A stretch of 63,599 nucleotides of DNA, counting the filler, from Atractiella rhizophila (taxonomy: Eukaryota): assembly GCA_021432655.1 (NCBI GenBank). It is 9 parts of 6 records of this genome, joined end to end, with 100 filler letters (N's around TTAATTAATTAA, not from the genome) between each part and the next. Parts side by side here need not be neighbours in the genome. Positions count along the whole stretch, not along the records: positions 36,032 to 52,946 come from MU271390.1; positions 53,047 to 59,389 come from MU271395.1; positions 59,490 to 61,419 come from MU271398.1; positions 61,520 to 63,599 come from MU271419.1; 5 more parts are not named here. One strand, 5' to 3'. The first letter of the stretch is position 1. Every line of letters starts with the position of its first letter. The notes under the pieces are model-generated. The model was not told the DNA's origin and made no database searches. It was given only the letters and a program-made list of their open reading frames with translations. The translations under genes were made by a program, and so were the position numbers. Of this stretch, positions 49,926 through 63,300 are shown in pieces.

Positions 49926-50036
49926 TTCTGAAGCAATGTCGTAGTAGTCCACAAAATCGTAGGAATTTAATTGGACAAACCCAAGCAATAAGGTTCTGCA
50001 CAATTCTGCACAAACAATTTTCCACCACCACTAGCA

Positions 50037-51048
50037 ATGTACGGGAGACGCTTACCTAGCTCAGCTAGGCACTTTACAAGGTCTTTCTCGACCCCTTCAG
50101 GCCAATACAAGCCTCAGGTAGGTCTTGAAGTTCGTTTTACAGTCACACCTAATGGGTTGTCAGTCCCTTTGGACCTCAAAAACGGCAGCTTTCGCTTCCT
50201 CTGGCATAGCAGTTGGCTCAGCTTTGTGGTACTGTAACCTATATGGAGTACCCTTCGTGTCCGAAGCGTACGCTATGCCTGCCGCAGACGAAGGTCTGCA
50301 TCCTGCCGCTTACCCCTGGCCTCACAAAGGTTTCTTCGATACGTTCGACCACGCATCGTAAGTTACTTCGCTTTTGGCTTACGGCTCATGAACTTCGGTG
50401 GTTCAGCATTCGACGAGGATATCAAGTGTATCGCGAAGTCTGTGCTGCCTGTCACTCACTCGACCGAATAGCCTGGAGAAATCTGGTCGGAGTTTCACAC
50501 ACTGTCGATGAAGTAAAGGCTATGGCTGAAGAGAACGAGTACACTGATGGTCCGAACGACGAGGGGCAAATGTTTCAGAGACCAGGAAAGCTTTCTGACT
50601 ACATGCCGCGGCCTTACCCGAACGACGAGGCTGCAAGAGCCTCTAACGCTGGTGCTTTACCTCCCGACCTTAGTTTGATGGCGAAAGCTCGACACGGAGG
50701 AGCTGTACGTCCCTGAATTATACTTTGAATGGTGCTCATACGTCAACGAACTGTAGGACTATATTTTCGTAGGTTTTTGTCTCCCACTCAAGATAATACT
50801 CACGTCGCTCCAAGTCTTTAATTACGGGTTACGTGGATCCTCCAGCCGGAGTGGAAGTCCGCGAGGGGATGAACTATAACCCTTACTTCCCAGTCCGTCG
50901 TTGTCCCTTCAAGCGAGTTGTTATAACGTTCTGTCACAGGGCGGCATGATTGGAATGGCGCGAGTACTTTTTGACGGTCCGTTCCCTTCCCTGTTCCACC
51001 TAGCTTCTCATGCTGAAGTGTCAACAGGCGTCGTAGAGTACCCGGATG
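50037..51048 (+). CDS. CYT1: Cytochrome c1 heme protein (3' end missing)
   Basis: [36 protein letters not shown] (CxxCH), [11 protein letters not shown] and YNPYFP. The gene breaks off after VEYPD at the duplication junction. Confidence 0.95.
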
Positions 51049-51086
51049 GTGAGTAGACACCAAGTGGTAGTAGGTGACTACACTTA

Positions 51087-52946
51087 TCGATTAAAGCCTT
51101 CAGTTTCGGCGCACCGACACCATTCGCACAGTCGACAGTGACAGACGTTGGGATTTTTGTATCCTGTGCTCATCATTCGGGAAGGAGACAAGTAACATTG
51201 AAAGCAACACACCACTAAAGCTTTGAATGCATTACTTAGCTTACTGTAGTATCCATCTTCAGTAGGAGGGCCGTATGCTTCCGATGTGCCCGTGGAATTG
51301 TGTGCCCGAACAAGATAATGTAGTTGTGGTGTCGTGCAGAGACCGGCATCGATGATTGTAGCACTGAAACACCTTAGTCCATCCTTGACACTGGCGATAA
51401 GATCGGGAGACGACGGCCTAGTATCAAAGCCTACTACCACATTGGCAGGATTTGAAAGGTTGATATTGAACTGCTCTACCAGATCCGTGAGGGTTTGAAG
51501 CAGTTCCGTATCGTTCGAGTTTGCGAGCTTTGTAGCAATGCCTTCCCAAGACACTTGAAGCATTTCGCCTTTGGGATCAACAAGCTTTACTCCGTTATCC
51601 TACTACCATCTCACGGACAGCATTCACGCGGTGTAGGTGCGAACAAACTCTCTCGGGGTTATGGCTGGCAGTGACCATCACGCCAATCATTTGACCACCG
51701 AAGCACTTGCTCCTCAGAGCTGCTAACATCCCGACGCGAAACATAGTACTGTCCAGGTCATCTGCTCTGTAAACTTCGTTCAACTGTGAAGTTGGTCCAG
51801 AGGTCAACAGCATACAAGGTTCTGAACCCAGCTGTTCCATAGGCGAGCTTGACGCCTGGAAGAGGGTGTTTAGCGGATGTTGTCTTGATCAAATCGTCGT
51901 CCATCTCACTTTAAAGCTTCGCTCCAGGTAGTAAAGTAGTATTGCGCACTGATGATCAGTATATCAGCAGTGATTATCAGGGAGGTCGCGCAACACAACG
52001 CAAACACTCACAAACCGCAGACTTCCGACTTTCTTTCTATCATCCTTGGTTATTCCTTTCTCAGCGTTTGCACCATTTTGGCACCATAGAAACGAGAGAA
52101 TGGCCCCCGCTCCGCTTTACGAGAATGTCGACGTGCCTGGTGCGTTCTCTGTCGAGGGAAGCGAGTACAGCTAACTATGCAGACAGCGCTGCTCAAGGCG
52201 AGAGAGGATGAGATTCGCCGCCAATTTGGAAGGGTTCTTCAAGCACGAGAGGTCAAGGCAGAATTAGATGCCTGCTGGAAGCGCGAAGGCGTGAACCACT
52301 ACGAGAACTGCAGGGATATTTCCATTCTCTATCTCAACATGGTCAAAACACATCGTGTAGGTTCAGTCCCTTTTCCTGACAATCTGCTCATCTGCTATTT
52401 AGCTCGTGGGATTCGCGCCGGTTGGAAGCAATGCGGGACAATAGATGCAACTTATTGCAAATTATGACTATTGTTTCCAGTCCACAGTATCCTTCCAGGG
52501 AACCTTGCCTTTACTCTCCTTCTTCCGCTCTCTCTTCTGTTTCTTCTGCTGCACTTTGAACAATTGCCTTTTGTCCATGGAATCGAGCCGATCTTTGGCT
52601 ACCATCTCTTTCAAGGATTCTGAACCCGCAATCAAATTTTACCAACGGGATGCGTTACGAACTCACTTTTGTTGAGATAATACGGCTGTTTCCCTTCATT
52701 GCGTTGCCGCTGCTTCTCATCTTTCCTCCACGATTGCACAACAGAGGCAGCGTGTTCCTTTTTTGCTTCGCGGTCTAGTTCACTTTGAAGCCTAGATACT
52801 TTCAGGGAGAGACGCTGCCTAGCCTCCTCATCCAGTTTCTCTCTTTTATCGCCTTTCAGCCTTTTCTTCAGGTCGGAAATCTCTTCACTCTTCCTTTGAG
52901 AGAGGAATCCATAAGACTTGCGGAACTGTCCCTCCTCGAACTTGCC
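51087..52946. repeat. Second copy of 47647-49505 (PCM1 5' half, NDUFB10-like gene at 52100-52444, RRP36 3' part)
   Basis: Near-identical, with scattered SNPs and a 1-bp indel. Confidence 0.9.
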
Positions 52947-54713
52947 NNNNNNNNNNNNNNNNNNNNNNNNNNNNNNNNNNNNNNNNNNNNTTAATTAATT
53001 AANNNNNNNNNNNNNNNNNNNNNNNNNNNNNNNNNNNNNNNNNNNNCTGCTCAGCAAGGAGTTTTGAGTGTTTTGACATTTTATTTCCTTGCCTAGTATG
53101 TATGGTGAAGGTTGCAACTGCCGATTCGGCGAACTGCCATGCCATCTCCGAAGTGAGGGATGGATGCGATTGTGTTTCGTGTTGTCTAAAACCTGCAATT
53201 ACAAATAATCAGATTGTACTGGAGCGTGAATGATCAGTCAATCAATCAAATCGTTGTATATGTGGAAAGGCTGGTTAAAACCATCGAATCCGAATCGTGC
53301 TTCTGCCTGACTTCACTTCTTTCATCCATCAACTTCAACCTCCACTGCTCCTTCGAAACCTGTCTTTGTCTATCAACCTCCTTCAACTCTTCCCGGAGTA
53401 TACTTATACTAATCCTCCTGCTGAGTAGGAATGATGGATGTATCAGGACTTCGGTCGCTGTAGGATCGACAAGGAAGAAGACCAAATGTTATATAGTCGA
53501 AAATGGGAAAGGCGATACATCTTCCCTCTTTGGTCATCACGCTTCTGAGAGGCTGTTTGGACTGGAGTGTAAGGAGGAGGACGGAGGAGAAGGGGGTGCC
53601 AATTTTTTCAAAGCCAAATCGCAAACTCGTCGGCTGCGCGCCTGAAGCTCAGGTTACTCTCAGTGGTGTTCTCGTCTGCATCATAATAAATACACGTCGT
53701 GAAGACTTTCCAATGGACACAGGGAGGGGATGAGCGCGGAGCGTGCGTCGCGAGGAGTCAATGAATCGCTTTGCCAGATCGCGTCGATGCCGGGAACCTC
53801 AATACTTTCTTGAAGTCTGTCGTACCGGCGGAAAAAGTTTAGAGAGGTTACGAATGAAAGAAAAGTGTGTGCCTCTAATTCCTTTAGCCCCAGTCCACGG
53901 CTGCAGCGCTTAATTCCCGCATGACGCAGGCTATGGGTACTCCTGTACCAAGGCTTCCGCTTTACACTTCTCGCGGATCTTCTCTTCTTTGCATTTCTGC
54001 GTCACAAGATCTCAGTCTGAGCCCCATATAAGAAAGATAGGATTGTCGTTCTACCGCTGAAATGAGGATGTGTTCCCTGTCCGCTTTAATACGCTCTAAA
54101 TCGTGATTCGTCGAAAAGAGTGATTTTTATCCGCGCTAGGAAAGGGGTTTTGATATTACGTTGTCCATCTCGATGCCCAGATCTCACACGGAATCTCTGA
54201 CATTCTATCTGCGTCTGCAAACGCCAACTCTGAGTCTGACATGGCATCTGAGCGCTCTGGGTCTTCATATGACTTGTCATGACATGGTAATCAATGACAG
54301 TTATGAGGTTGCTCGTTGCCGATGTGACATTCTGACGGAAAGATTTAGTCCTACGACTGCTGTGGATGTTTGGCTGACAAGACACTTTTTGCACAGAGAG
54401 CAGAGCAGCAGAGCGTTGTGCGTGGACATCGTGTTGTATGTAAACAAAACGAACGAAGAAAGCCTAGAAGGAAGGTCTGGCTGATCGATGATCAATCGCG
54501 AGAGTCCAGAGTTCCAAATTCTCTACATATATGCCTGAATGGATAAGTCGAGATATACGGTCTGACCCTTACGAAGCCTCACATGAGCCCCTCCATGTAA
54601 AGAAGTTGTTTGAATGTGATCTTCAAGCAGTACTCCCAGAACCACCAGAGACTCAGAGCGGTTGAGCCCCCTTCGAAGCACGATCGATATTGGTTTCTGG
54701 GCACGTTACGTTG

Positions 54714-56850
54714 TAGTCTCGGGCCAGACTCCACGCGCTGCTGGATATTTGGAAAAAAAGCTACTTTGCAAAAAATCACGTGCATACACTACATTGGTAA
54801 TATGAACTACTACGTCATTACAATTTAAGAAATCAACGTATCCAAAATCCAGCAGNNNNNNNNNNNNNNNNNNNNNNNNNNNNNNNNNNNNNNNNNNNNN
54901 NNNNNNNNNNNNNNNNNNNNNNNNNNNNNNNNNNNNNNNNNNNNNNNNNNNNNNNNNNNNNNNNNNNNNNNNNNNNNNNNNNNNNNNNNNNNNNNNNNNN
55001 NNNNNNNNNNNNNNNNNNNNNNNNNNNNNNNNNNNNNNNNNNNNNNNNNNNNNNNNNNNNNNNNNNNNNNNNNNNNNNNNNNNNNNNNNNNNNNNNNNNN
55101 NNNNNNNNNNNNNNNNNNNNNNNNNNNNNNNNNNNNNNNNNNNNNNNNNNNNNNNNNNNNNNNNNNNNNNNNNNNNNNNNNNNNNNNNNNNNNNNNNNNN
55201 NNNNNNNNNNNNNNNNNNNNNNNNNNNNNNNNNATAAGAGAGGGCTCCCAGACTCTTTATGAGAGTTTTCAGAGCTCTAGTGCCTTCCTATCCCGATCCA
55301 TCGCTCCTCTCCGGTACCGTCCTTTCACCTCCCTCCCTTTCCTCTCTCTCCGTCTCGTGAAGCTTGCTAATGATCTAAAACGCCTCTAGTGACGCTTACG
55401 AACGAAATCCACGTGGATCGCGGCTCCTACAAGCACTTATGAGGAACGGTCGTTCCTCTGCCTTTCCAAGCGCAAATTGTCTCTCCCTTGCTTGGACGAC
55501 GCCTCCAACCGTTCTACAGAGCCTGCGAGACACCTAGAACGAAGTACGAAGGCTGTCATGCTCCTTATGAGAGAATATCACCAACTCCGCCAGATCCACC
55601 AACCCACCATACCACTCAGAACCAATCTGCCCCTCCCCGTGTGCCTCCGCATCTCCGCCTTTATACCATCCATCGTTGCCACGCGGGAGCATTAGACGTA
55701 CAAGAGGAGAGAAGTCAGTGCGGTATTGAGTTTTTTTCAGGTTCTCATTCTGCATGTCGGAATGCGTTCGCGCGTGCCTTTCAGGTCAGCTTACAGGTGT
55801 AAAATCTTGATTGCAGGAGGTATTTATTCATGTAGCTACACTTGGACATATTGCAATGCAGAAACTGCTGGCAGCTTGAAAACTTCAATACTTACCGGTT
55901 GAGTCCGTCTGCAGCATGAGTCATGAAATAGCATGCCCAACGCCCTCTTTGATTCCATTCCACCCACACATGCTCATATCACCTTATAAAAACATCAACG
56001 TGTCCTTGTACACCGTTCTACCTTCTTGTAAGCGCTTTGGCGCTCTTTAGAGTGACATCTAAGGCAAGAGAGGCGGAGGAAGGCAGGGGGTGTCGTTCCT
56101 CATAAGTGCTTGTAGGAGCCGGCGATCCACGTGGATTTCGTTCGTAAGCGTCACTAGAGGCGTTTTAGATCATTAGCAAGCTTCACGAGACGGAGAGAGA
56201 GGAAAGGGAGGGAGGTGAAAGGACGGTACCGGAGAGGAGCGATGGATCGGGATAGGAAGGCACTAGAGCTCTGAAAACTCTCATAAAGAGTCTGGGAGCC
56301 CTCTCTTATCTTCTTCGAACAGTTTGAGAGGATGCCGACCGAGAAGAGGGGTTGGGAGGACACTGGTAGGGTGAGGTGGACAGTTGTCGTTCTCGGTGGG
56401 TATGCGATCTCCGCGTGTTCCGCCGCCTGGAATGGACAAAGGAGGTCACGTTGGACCTCCTTGAGGCTCCATGGAGCTCAATACCGCGTATATAACGAGA
56501 TATAAACTTGCAAAGATGGTTACATCCAAAGCTGAAAAACGGACGAAAACTCACCGAAAAAGTGCGCAAACCAATATTTTGCTAAGACTATCCGGATTCG
56601 TGCTTACTCCAAGGCCGTACCAGCTGTTGTGGTTGAGATATTTGCGTTCAAAAATGGTCGGTTCGGATTTCGACAGGTTCCCCACACGAGTGGTTCCAGA
56701 CTCCAGCGCTGCTGGATTTTGGATACGTTGATTTCTTAAATTGTAATGACGTAGTAGTTCATATTACCAATGTAGTGTATGCACGTGATTTTTTGCAAAG
56801 TAGCTTTTTTTCCAAATATCCAGCAGCGCGTGGAGTCTGGCCCGAGACTA
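54714..56850. mobile_element. Non-autonomous long-TIR DNA element (Mutator/Foldback-like) with 9-bp TSD GTTACGTTG
   Basis: 54714-54855 is the reverse complement of 56709-56850, and 55234-55448 is the reverse complement of about 56094-56309, with the N gap between them. TSDs are at 54705-54713 and 56851-56859. Confidence 0.85.
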
Positions 56851-57078
56851 GTTACGTTGGAAGTTCTAGTCACTAGGAGGAAACATGCTACCAACGACTC
56901 GAGGGTGAGTTGAAACCGCCCGACTTCGGCGAATCCTCCTCAAGCAGCATCATCTTTTGAGACTCGAATTTTTCGCTAAGCCACCAACATAAAAGGGAAC
57001 TTGTTTTCTCAAGGTCGAGCTCAGCAATCTTTCTCAGAAATCTCACTTTTGACGTTTGGAAAGTAAAAACAAGCCAAA

Positions 57079-59389
57079 ATGGTCAACTTCACGATCGTGA
57101 GTCTTCGCATCTTCATCAGCAAATCAATCAATGGGATCTGTGGCGAATTTCGTGCTGATTACGCTTTTTCTTGCTTTGCTGCCATGGTTAGGACCAAGTC
57201 CGTGCCCTCATGTGCGTTTCCCGCTTTTCTGCGCTGCAAAATTCGCAGAACTGATGGCGGGATGATTGCCTGTAATAGGGACCGTTCGACTAACATTCGA
57301 AACATGAGTTCGTTCTTCCCTTCCTGTAGTTCCACTCGCGATGCTGATGGGTGTAAATGAATAGGTGTTATCGCCCATGGTTAGTCAGCGCTCCACCTCA
57401 TTTTTTTCGATCGCATCGCCGGACAAACATTGATAAACTGATGGATGGATGTGATGGATAACAGTGGATCATGGAAAGTCGACTTTGACCGATTCGCTAG
57501 TCTCGAAAGCTGGTATCATTGCTGCCAACCGTGCTGGTGACGCTCGATTTACGGAGTGCGTATTCTACTTTGTACCTTGGGTTGCAATTTAAGGGAGTTT
57601 GCGACATAAGTACGAGAGAAGATGAACAACAACGTGGTATTACGATCAAATCTACGGCTATTTCTATGTATTTTGAATTGGACAAGGAGGATTTGGTAGA
57701 TGTCAAGCAGAAAACTGATGGTGAATCTTTTCGTCCTTACTTTGATCCTGATTTCTAATACGATGGCGCCAACTCAGGAAACGAGTTCTTGATCAACTTG
57801 ATCGATTCTCCCGGGCACGTCGATTTCTCTTCTGAAGTCACTGCCGCTCTTCGTGTCACCGATGGTGCTCTCGTTGTCGTCGACTGTATCGAAGGAGTTT
57901 GTGTCCAGACCGAGACTGTGCTTCGTCAAGCTATCGGAGAGAGGATCAAGCCGGTCGTCGTCATCAACAAGGTCGACCGTGCACTCCTCGAACTCCAAGT
58001 CACCAAGGAGGATCTGTACCAGACCTTCGCGAGGACCATCGAATCCGTCAACGTCATCATCGCTACCTACAACGATCCTGTTCTCGGAGATGTCCAGGTG
58101 TACCCCGACAAAGGAACCGTCGCTTTCGGTTCCGGTCTCCACGGATGGGGATTCACGCTCAGGCAATTCGCTGGACGATACTCGAAGAAGTTCGGTGTCG
58201 AGAAGGAGAAGTTGATGGCCAAGCTTTGGGGAGAGAACTACTTCAACCCTAAGACGAAGAAGTGGACGACTAAATCGACCGGCGCTGATGGAGAGAAGCT
58301 TGAGAGGGCTTTCAACTTCTTCGTCCTCGACCCCATATTCAAGATTTTCGATGCTGTCATGAAGTTCGAGAAGGACAAGATTTTCCCCATGTTGGAGAAA
58401 CTTGACGTGCAACTGAAATCGGACGAGAAGGAACTCGAAGGCAAAGCCCTCCTGAAGGTCGTAATGAGGAAATTCCTGCCCGCCGGAGACTCTCTCTTGG
58501 AGATGATTGTCATCAACCTTCCTTCTCCCGTCACCGCTCAAAAGTACCGAGTGGAAACTCTCTATGAGGGACCTCTCGATGACGAGTCCGCTATCGGTAT
58601 CAGGGATTGCGACCCGAAAGGACCTCTTATGCTCTACGTCTCCAAGATGGTGCCTACTTCGGATAAAGGTCGATTCTATGCTTTCGGTCGTGTCTTCTCT
58701 GGAACTGTTAAGGCCGGACCGAAGGTTAGGATTCAAGGACAGAACTACGTTCCAGGCAAGAAGGAGGACCTGTTCATTAAATCTATCCAGAGGACTGTCT
58801 TGATGATGGGTCGTTATGTCGAGCCTATTGAAGACTGCCCTGCTGGTAACATCGTTGGTCTTGTTGGTGTCGATCAGTTCTTGCTCAAATCTGGAACCCT
58901 CACCACTTCTGAAACCGCCCACAACATGAAGGTCATGAGGTTCTCTGTCTCCCCTGTCGTCCGTGTCGCCGTCGAAGTAAAGAACGCGAACGATCTGCCC
59001 AAGCTCGTCGAAGGTCTGAAGAGGTTGTCCAAGTCTGACCCATGTGTTCAGACTTCTATCTCTGATACTGGAGAGCACATCGTCGCTGGTGCTGGAGAAC
59101 TCCATCTCGAAATTTGCTTGAAGGATCTCCAGGAGGACCACGCTCAGGTTCCTCTCAAGATTTCCGATCCTGTCGTCGGCTACAGGGAGACCGTCCAGGC
59201 AGAATCTTCGATGGTCGCTCTCTCGAAGTCCCCCAACAAACACAACAGGTTGTATGTTACCGCTCAACCCATTGACGAGGAGCTCTCGAAGGCTATCGAG
59301 GAGGGAAAGATCAACCCAAGGGACGACTTCAAAGCCAGAGCTAGGGTTTTGGCCGACGAATACGGATGGGACGTCACGGACGCCAGGAA
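57079..59389 (+). CDS. EFT2: Translation elongation factor 2 (3' part missing)
   Basis: Micro-exons [35 protein letters not shown], then [38 protein letters not shown] and [14 protein letters not shown]. Confidence 0.97.
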
Positions 59390-59489
59390 NNNNNNNNNNN
59401 NNNNNNNNNNNNNNNNNNNNNNNNNNNNNNNNNTTAATTAATTAANNNNNNNNNNNNNNNNNNNNNNNNNNNNNNNNNNNNNNNNNNNN

Positions 59490-60366
59490 GGCTCTCTGTA
59501 CCGCGGATTTCCAAATGGAATCTACGAAGGATATCAATGGGTGCTGATGGATCTGCTCAATTCCAAACCGCCAGGGCAGCGCGACTTCGTCTGCGAAACC
59601 GTCGCCTATCCTGGTATTACACTTACGCCTTCAGAGACATCATATATTCAGAGAGGCTACGAAGAAGGAGATGAAAAGCTAACGCCAGTAGAAATGGATA
59701 TTGGCCACCGAATGTTTGAGCAGGTTCGCACCGTTTTAAATCTGTCAAAGATGGCTAATTGGCAAAAGGTGACTAGCTGCATTCAGGAGCTTTGACCACT
59801 TCCTGGGCATCTGTCAAAGAAGAGGAAGGGACGAAGGAACTGAACAACCTTTCTCGCGAGGGACCAACAACCGTTGTCCTATCTGTCGGTTGGTCACTTT
59901 ATTTCTCAGTAATGAAGCTAAATAAGCGTGAAAAGGTACAAATGACCGTGCTAGACGAATTCCTTTACGTCCTGGGAAACACCCTTTGACAGGGATATAC
60001 ACTCGAGGCTTCCTCCCCTCTCTCGATAGCCTCGTTTCTCACGTCCTCTCCTCTTACCAGCCGACAATACGAAACCTCATCTTAATCCCTCCGTTCCCCT
60101 TCGTCCACCATCCAAGCTACAAGGCGGGCGTTTCACAAATTGAGGAGGAAGAGGAGAAAGATGGTTATGTGACCGCTTTGATGAAATGGAAAGAGGATTT
60201 TAGGATGAGAGAAGACGCGGAGGAGTGGGAACATCTGAAAATCGAGGTCATGGAGCTTTCAATTGCGTTGAAGAGGGAAGATTGTTATGACGGCCTCCAT
60301 CCTACGGAGCAGGGATATCGGAAGCTGGCGAGCGAGTTTAAGGAGAGGTTAGATAAGTTTCTCTAA
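59490..60366 (+). CDS. SGNH/GDSL hydrolase-like protein, 3' part
   Basis: VVLSVG/TND block and C-terminal DGLHPTEQGYRKLA (DxxH block V). Confidence 0.6.
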
Positions 60367-63300
60367 GTCAGGAGAGTAGCCAGATGATTTGTAATTGTTT
60401 GGCTGCTTTACAATCTGGAGTGGTTGCAGTTAACTTGCTTACATGTATTGACTTAAAAGTGTTGCCCGTGACTCCTCCAATCCTCATAGTGTTTCTCTCA
60501 TGAATCACTGATCGCAATGTTGGCCGCAGATAGTTAGGCAGTTACGCCGGTTGTCTATGCTCACTCGTCTCAACAGACTCAGATGTGTCTGCCAGTGCCG
60601 TGATGGCACCGCGGCACGCCACTTTGAACAACTACCAGCACAAGCGATGTTATAATTTGACTGCTTAACGACCTAGCGAACACATTGTACCGGCCATCAT
60701 AAGATTTCATACCCGTCCGCACAACAACATCAAACCTTCAACATTTTTGACGCGATTTCGTCTAGGACGCTTCTCAATTACGGGCTCAAAGGAATGACCT
60801 GGGCATCAGGGCAGCAGTTTGCAGTAACACGGTGGGGTTTCACTCAGGATAGCTTGTGAGTCCGCTTTACTTTACCATCTTAATCATTGCTCTTACGAAT
60901 CCCCCTCCTACTAGTAAGATGGCCCCTATTTATCTATCACATTCTGGAGGAACAGTGGCGCAGATATTCTGCAAGGATATCATGTCCCTCGTCGCGATAG
61001 ACTGCATTAAACCCCTAGGCCACAAATGCTTTCCATGCTTGATCAGGCAAAGGAAGTACCAAGAATGAGTAAGATATCTCTCGCAAACTCATTCCAAACT
61101 AAACTCGGTTGCTGCCTTCCTCCCTAGCCTATCGTTTCACACAATATACAACCGATTAGAGGTAGGAAGTAGACTGGACGAACTTGATAGACTATGGATC
61201 GAGGATTCAAAACAAGCTAGTCAAATATCCGTTTACGGTATGGAAACGCGAGATGGCAAACTAGATTTTTCCCGGAAGTCACTCAACTTATTGTTGACGA
61301 AATGAGCGAGCGCTTTCCTGAGCATCGAGTCTTGTGTGGGATTATGGAAGGACGGTAAGCTCATGCTGTTTATGTATATCCCTCGCCAGTCGAACAGGGA
61401 CATCAACTTTGATAGTCGTNNNNNNNNNNNNNNNNNNNNNNNNNNNNNNNNNNNNNNNNNNNNTTAATTAATTAANNNNNNNNNNNNNNNNNNNNNNNNN
61501 NNNNNNNNNNNNNNNNNNNAGGGAGGGAACGGAACGACGAATAAGAGCGTACGCAGACCGATAGGAAGAGGAATGGTGTCGAACGTAACAAGCCGAGAAG
61601 AGAGCAATGTGAAGAAAGAGGCGGAGGCTGTTCCAAAGTAAACATAAAAATTAGTCAAGGTTACAATAAAAGGATACAGAGAAATTGAGAGCAGTATTCC
61701 ACCCAGTGCAGTGCCGCTGCTCCTAGGATTGCACTTGAGCTAGCACCAGAGGAGTTGGCCGTGGATCACCGGTCCATTGCAAACCATTGGTCCATAAGAA
61801 CGCTGCAATGGCAATGACCCATTGACGCGCAACTAATATTGCCCATTATCCCTCAATCAAGATGGCACACATACCTTGAACTACAAAGTATACTGCACCC
61901 TCGGAAACCTCTCCAAGGTATTCAACCCGTTTGAAATTCCGAAGTTGTGGTCGAAGCCATCGCAAAAAGAGCTGGAGAGGTGCAGCACCGAAGCGTGTAC
62001 CCTTCCAGCAAGCTTTTAACTCCAAATGGAGAGCTGTCGGTGTAGCGAGCACCACTGAGCTTTCTGTGTCGGTGCAAGCATAGCACGAACGCTTCTGCCA
62101 TCAATCTAGGAAGTACATCTCAACAAAAACTAAGGACAAGCTTGCATGAACGAAGTGAAATCCAGAGAGTCACTTCATACTTATGAAAGGCTGCCACCGT
62201 ACAGATCCAGGTCCACAGTAAGTTTAGGACTCTCCTTCAGCCACTCCATGCAAGCAGATAGCAAAAACTTACCTGATGCCTGCATTCCCTCGTTGACTCC
62301 CTCGCCAGTTGACAAACCTGCGAAAGGAGGCGGTCGGAGATATGATGTCACATTCAAACGACGACGAACCGAACAAGGCGGAAACGACAAACTCAACAAT
62401 TCCTCAGCTATCGCCTTTCCTACGCGTGTCAAACTTCTCCTGTTGCTTGAGGGATATGATGAGTAGGTTTACGGACGATTTTTTTCACTTTGAACGCGCT
62501 TTTCACTCCGGGTCACTAAATTTTCACTTTTCGGCCCCTGATTTTTCGACGCGTTTTTTCCGACAATTGTGAGTATTTCGACTCCGGTCCGACTTCTATG
62601 GGGAGAGGGATAATCCTTATGTTATGTGGGAATGTTTTGTTTTGGTTATTGGAGGTGGAGTTGGGCAAAAAAGTGCGTTTTTCGGTCCTAAATTAGCGTG
62701 GCGTGCAGACTTCGACGGAGCATTGATTTGTGTCTAAGTGTCGGGTCAATTCACTGCGTTGAACAACGTTGAATCCAGGAGAACTGTTCTGCTGCCAAAA
62801 ACGTGCCACTTTCCAGTTAAGAGCTCGGAACTGTGGACTTACAATTTTTCGAACTACTTCCAGCTCTCTGACCTCCTCAAGCTTCTGACTTTGCATTCTG
62901 TATGGTTAGTGACACGCGTCAACTGTCCTTCTCAATGCTCATTTAATCTTGACGGATCGTCTGGACGACACGCTCACCCGACGAACTTTCTTTCATAGAT
63001 CTGCTAAGTCTTTCCACTTGTACCCGTTTGAAAATCTTGTTTATCAATGACTTAGGTTCAGTCCACACGACGACCTAGATCAATTTCTCAACCAATTTCG
63101 CTCGCCTCTTTCTCGTTCAATGGGTTACCTGGTTTTCCAAGAAGAGAACCGGCCTTGACTCCTTGAGAGAAGATTATCTGAGACTCGATCTGTAGAACGA
63201 CTAACCATGTTTGTATTTAGGCAGCGCAATGAGCAATGAGGAATACGAGATCAAGCGACGAAAGACAGGAACTTCGTATGGTGCAACTTGAACGGGAGAG

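Noticed and set aside
57774..59267. 497-aa antisense ORF opposite EF2 (likewise 260-892 opposite the F-box gene)
   Set aside because: A shadow ORF expected from strong codon bias on the coding strand. It has no independent motifs.
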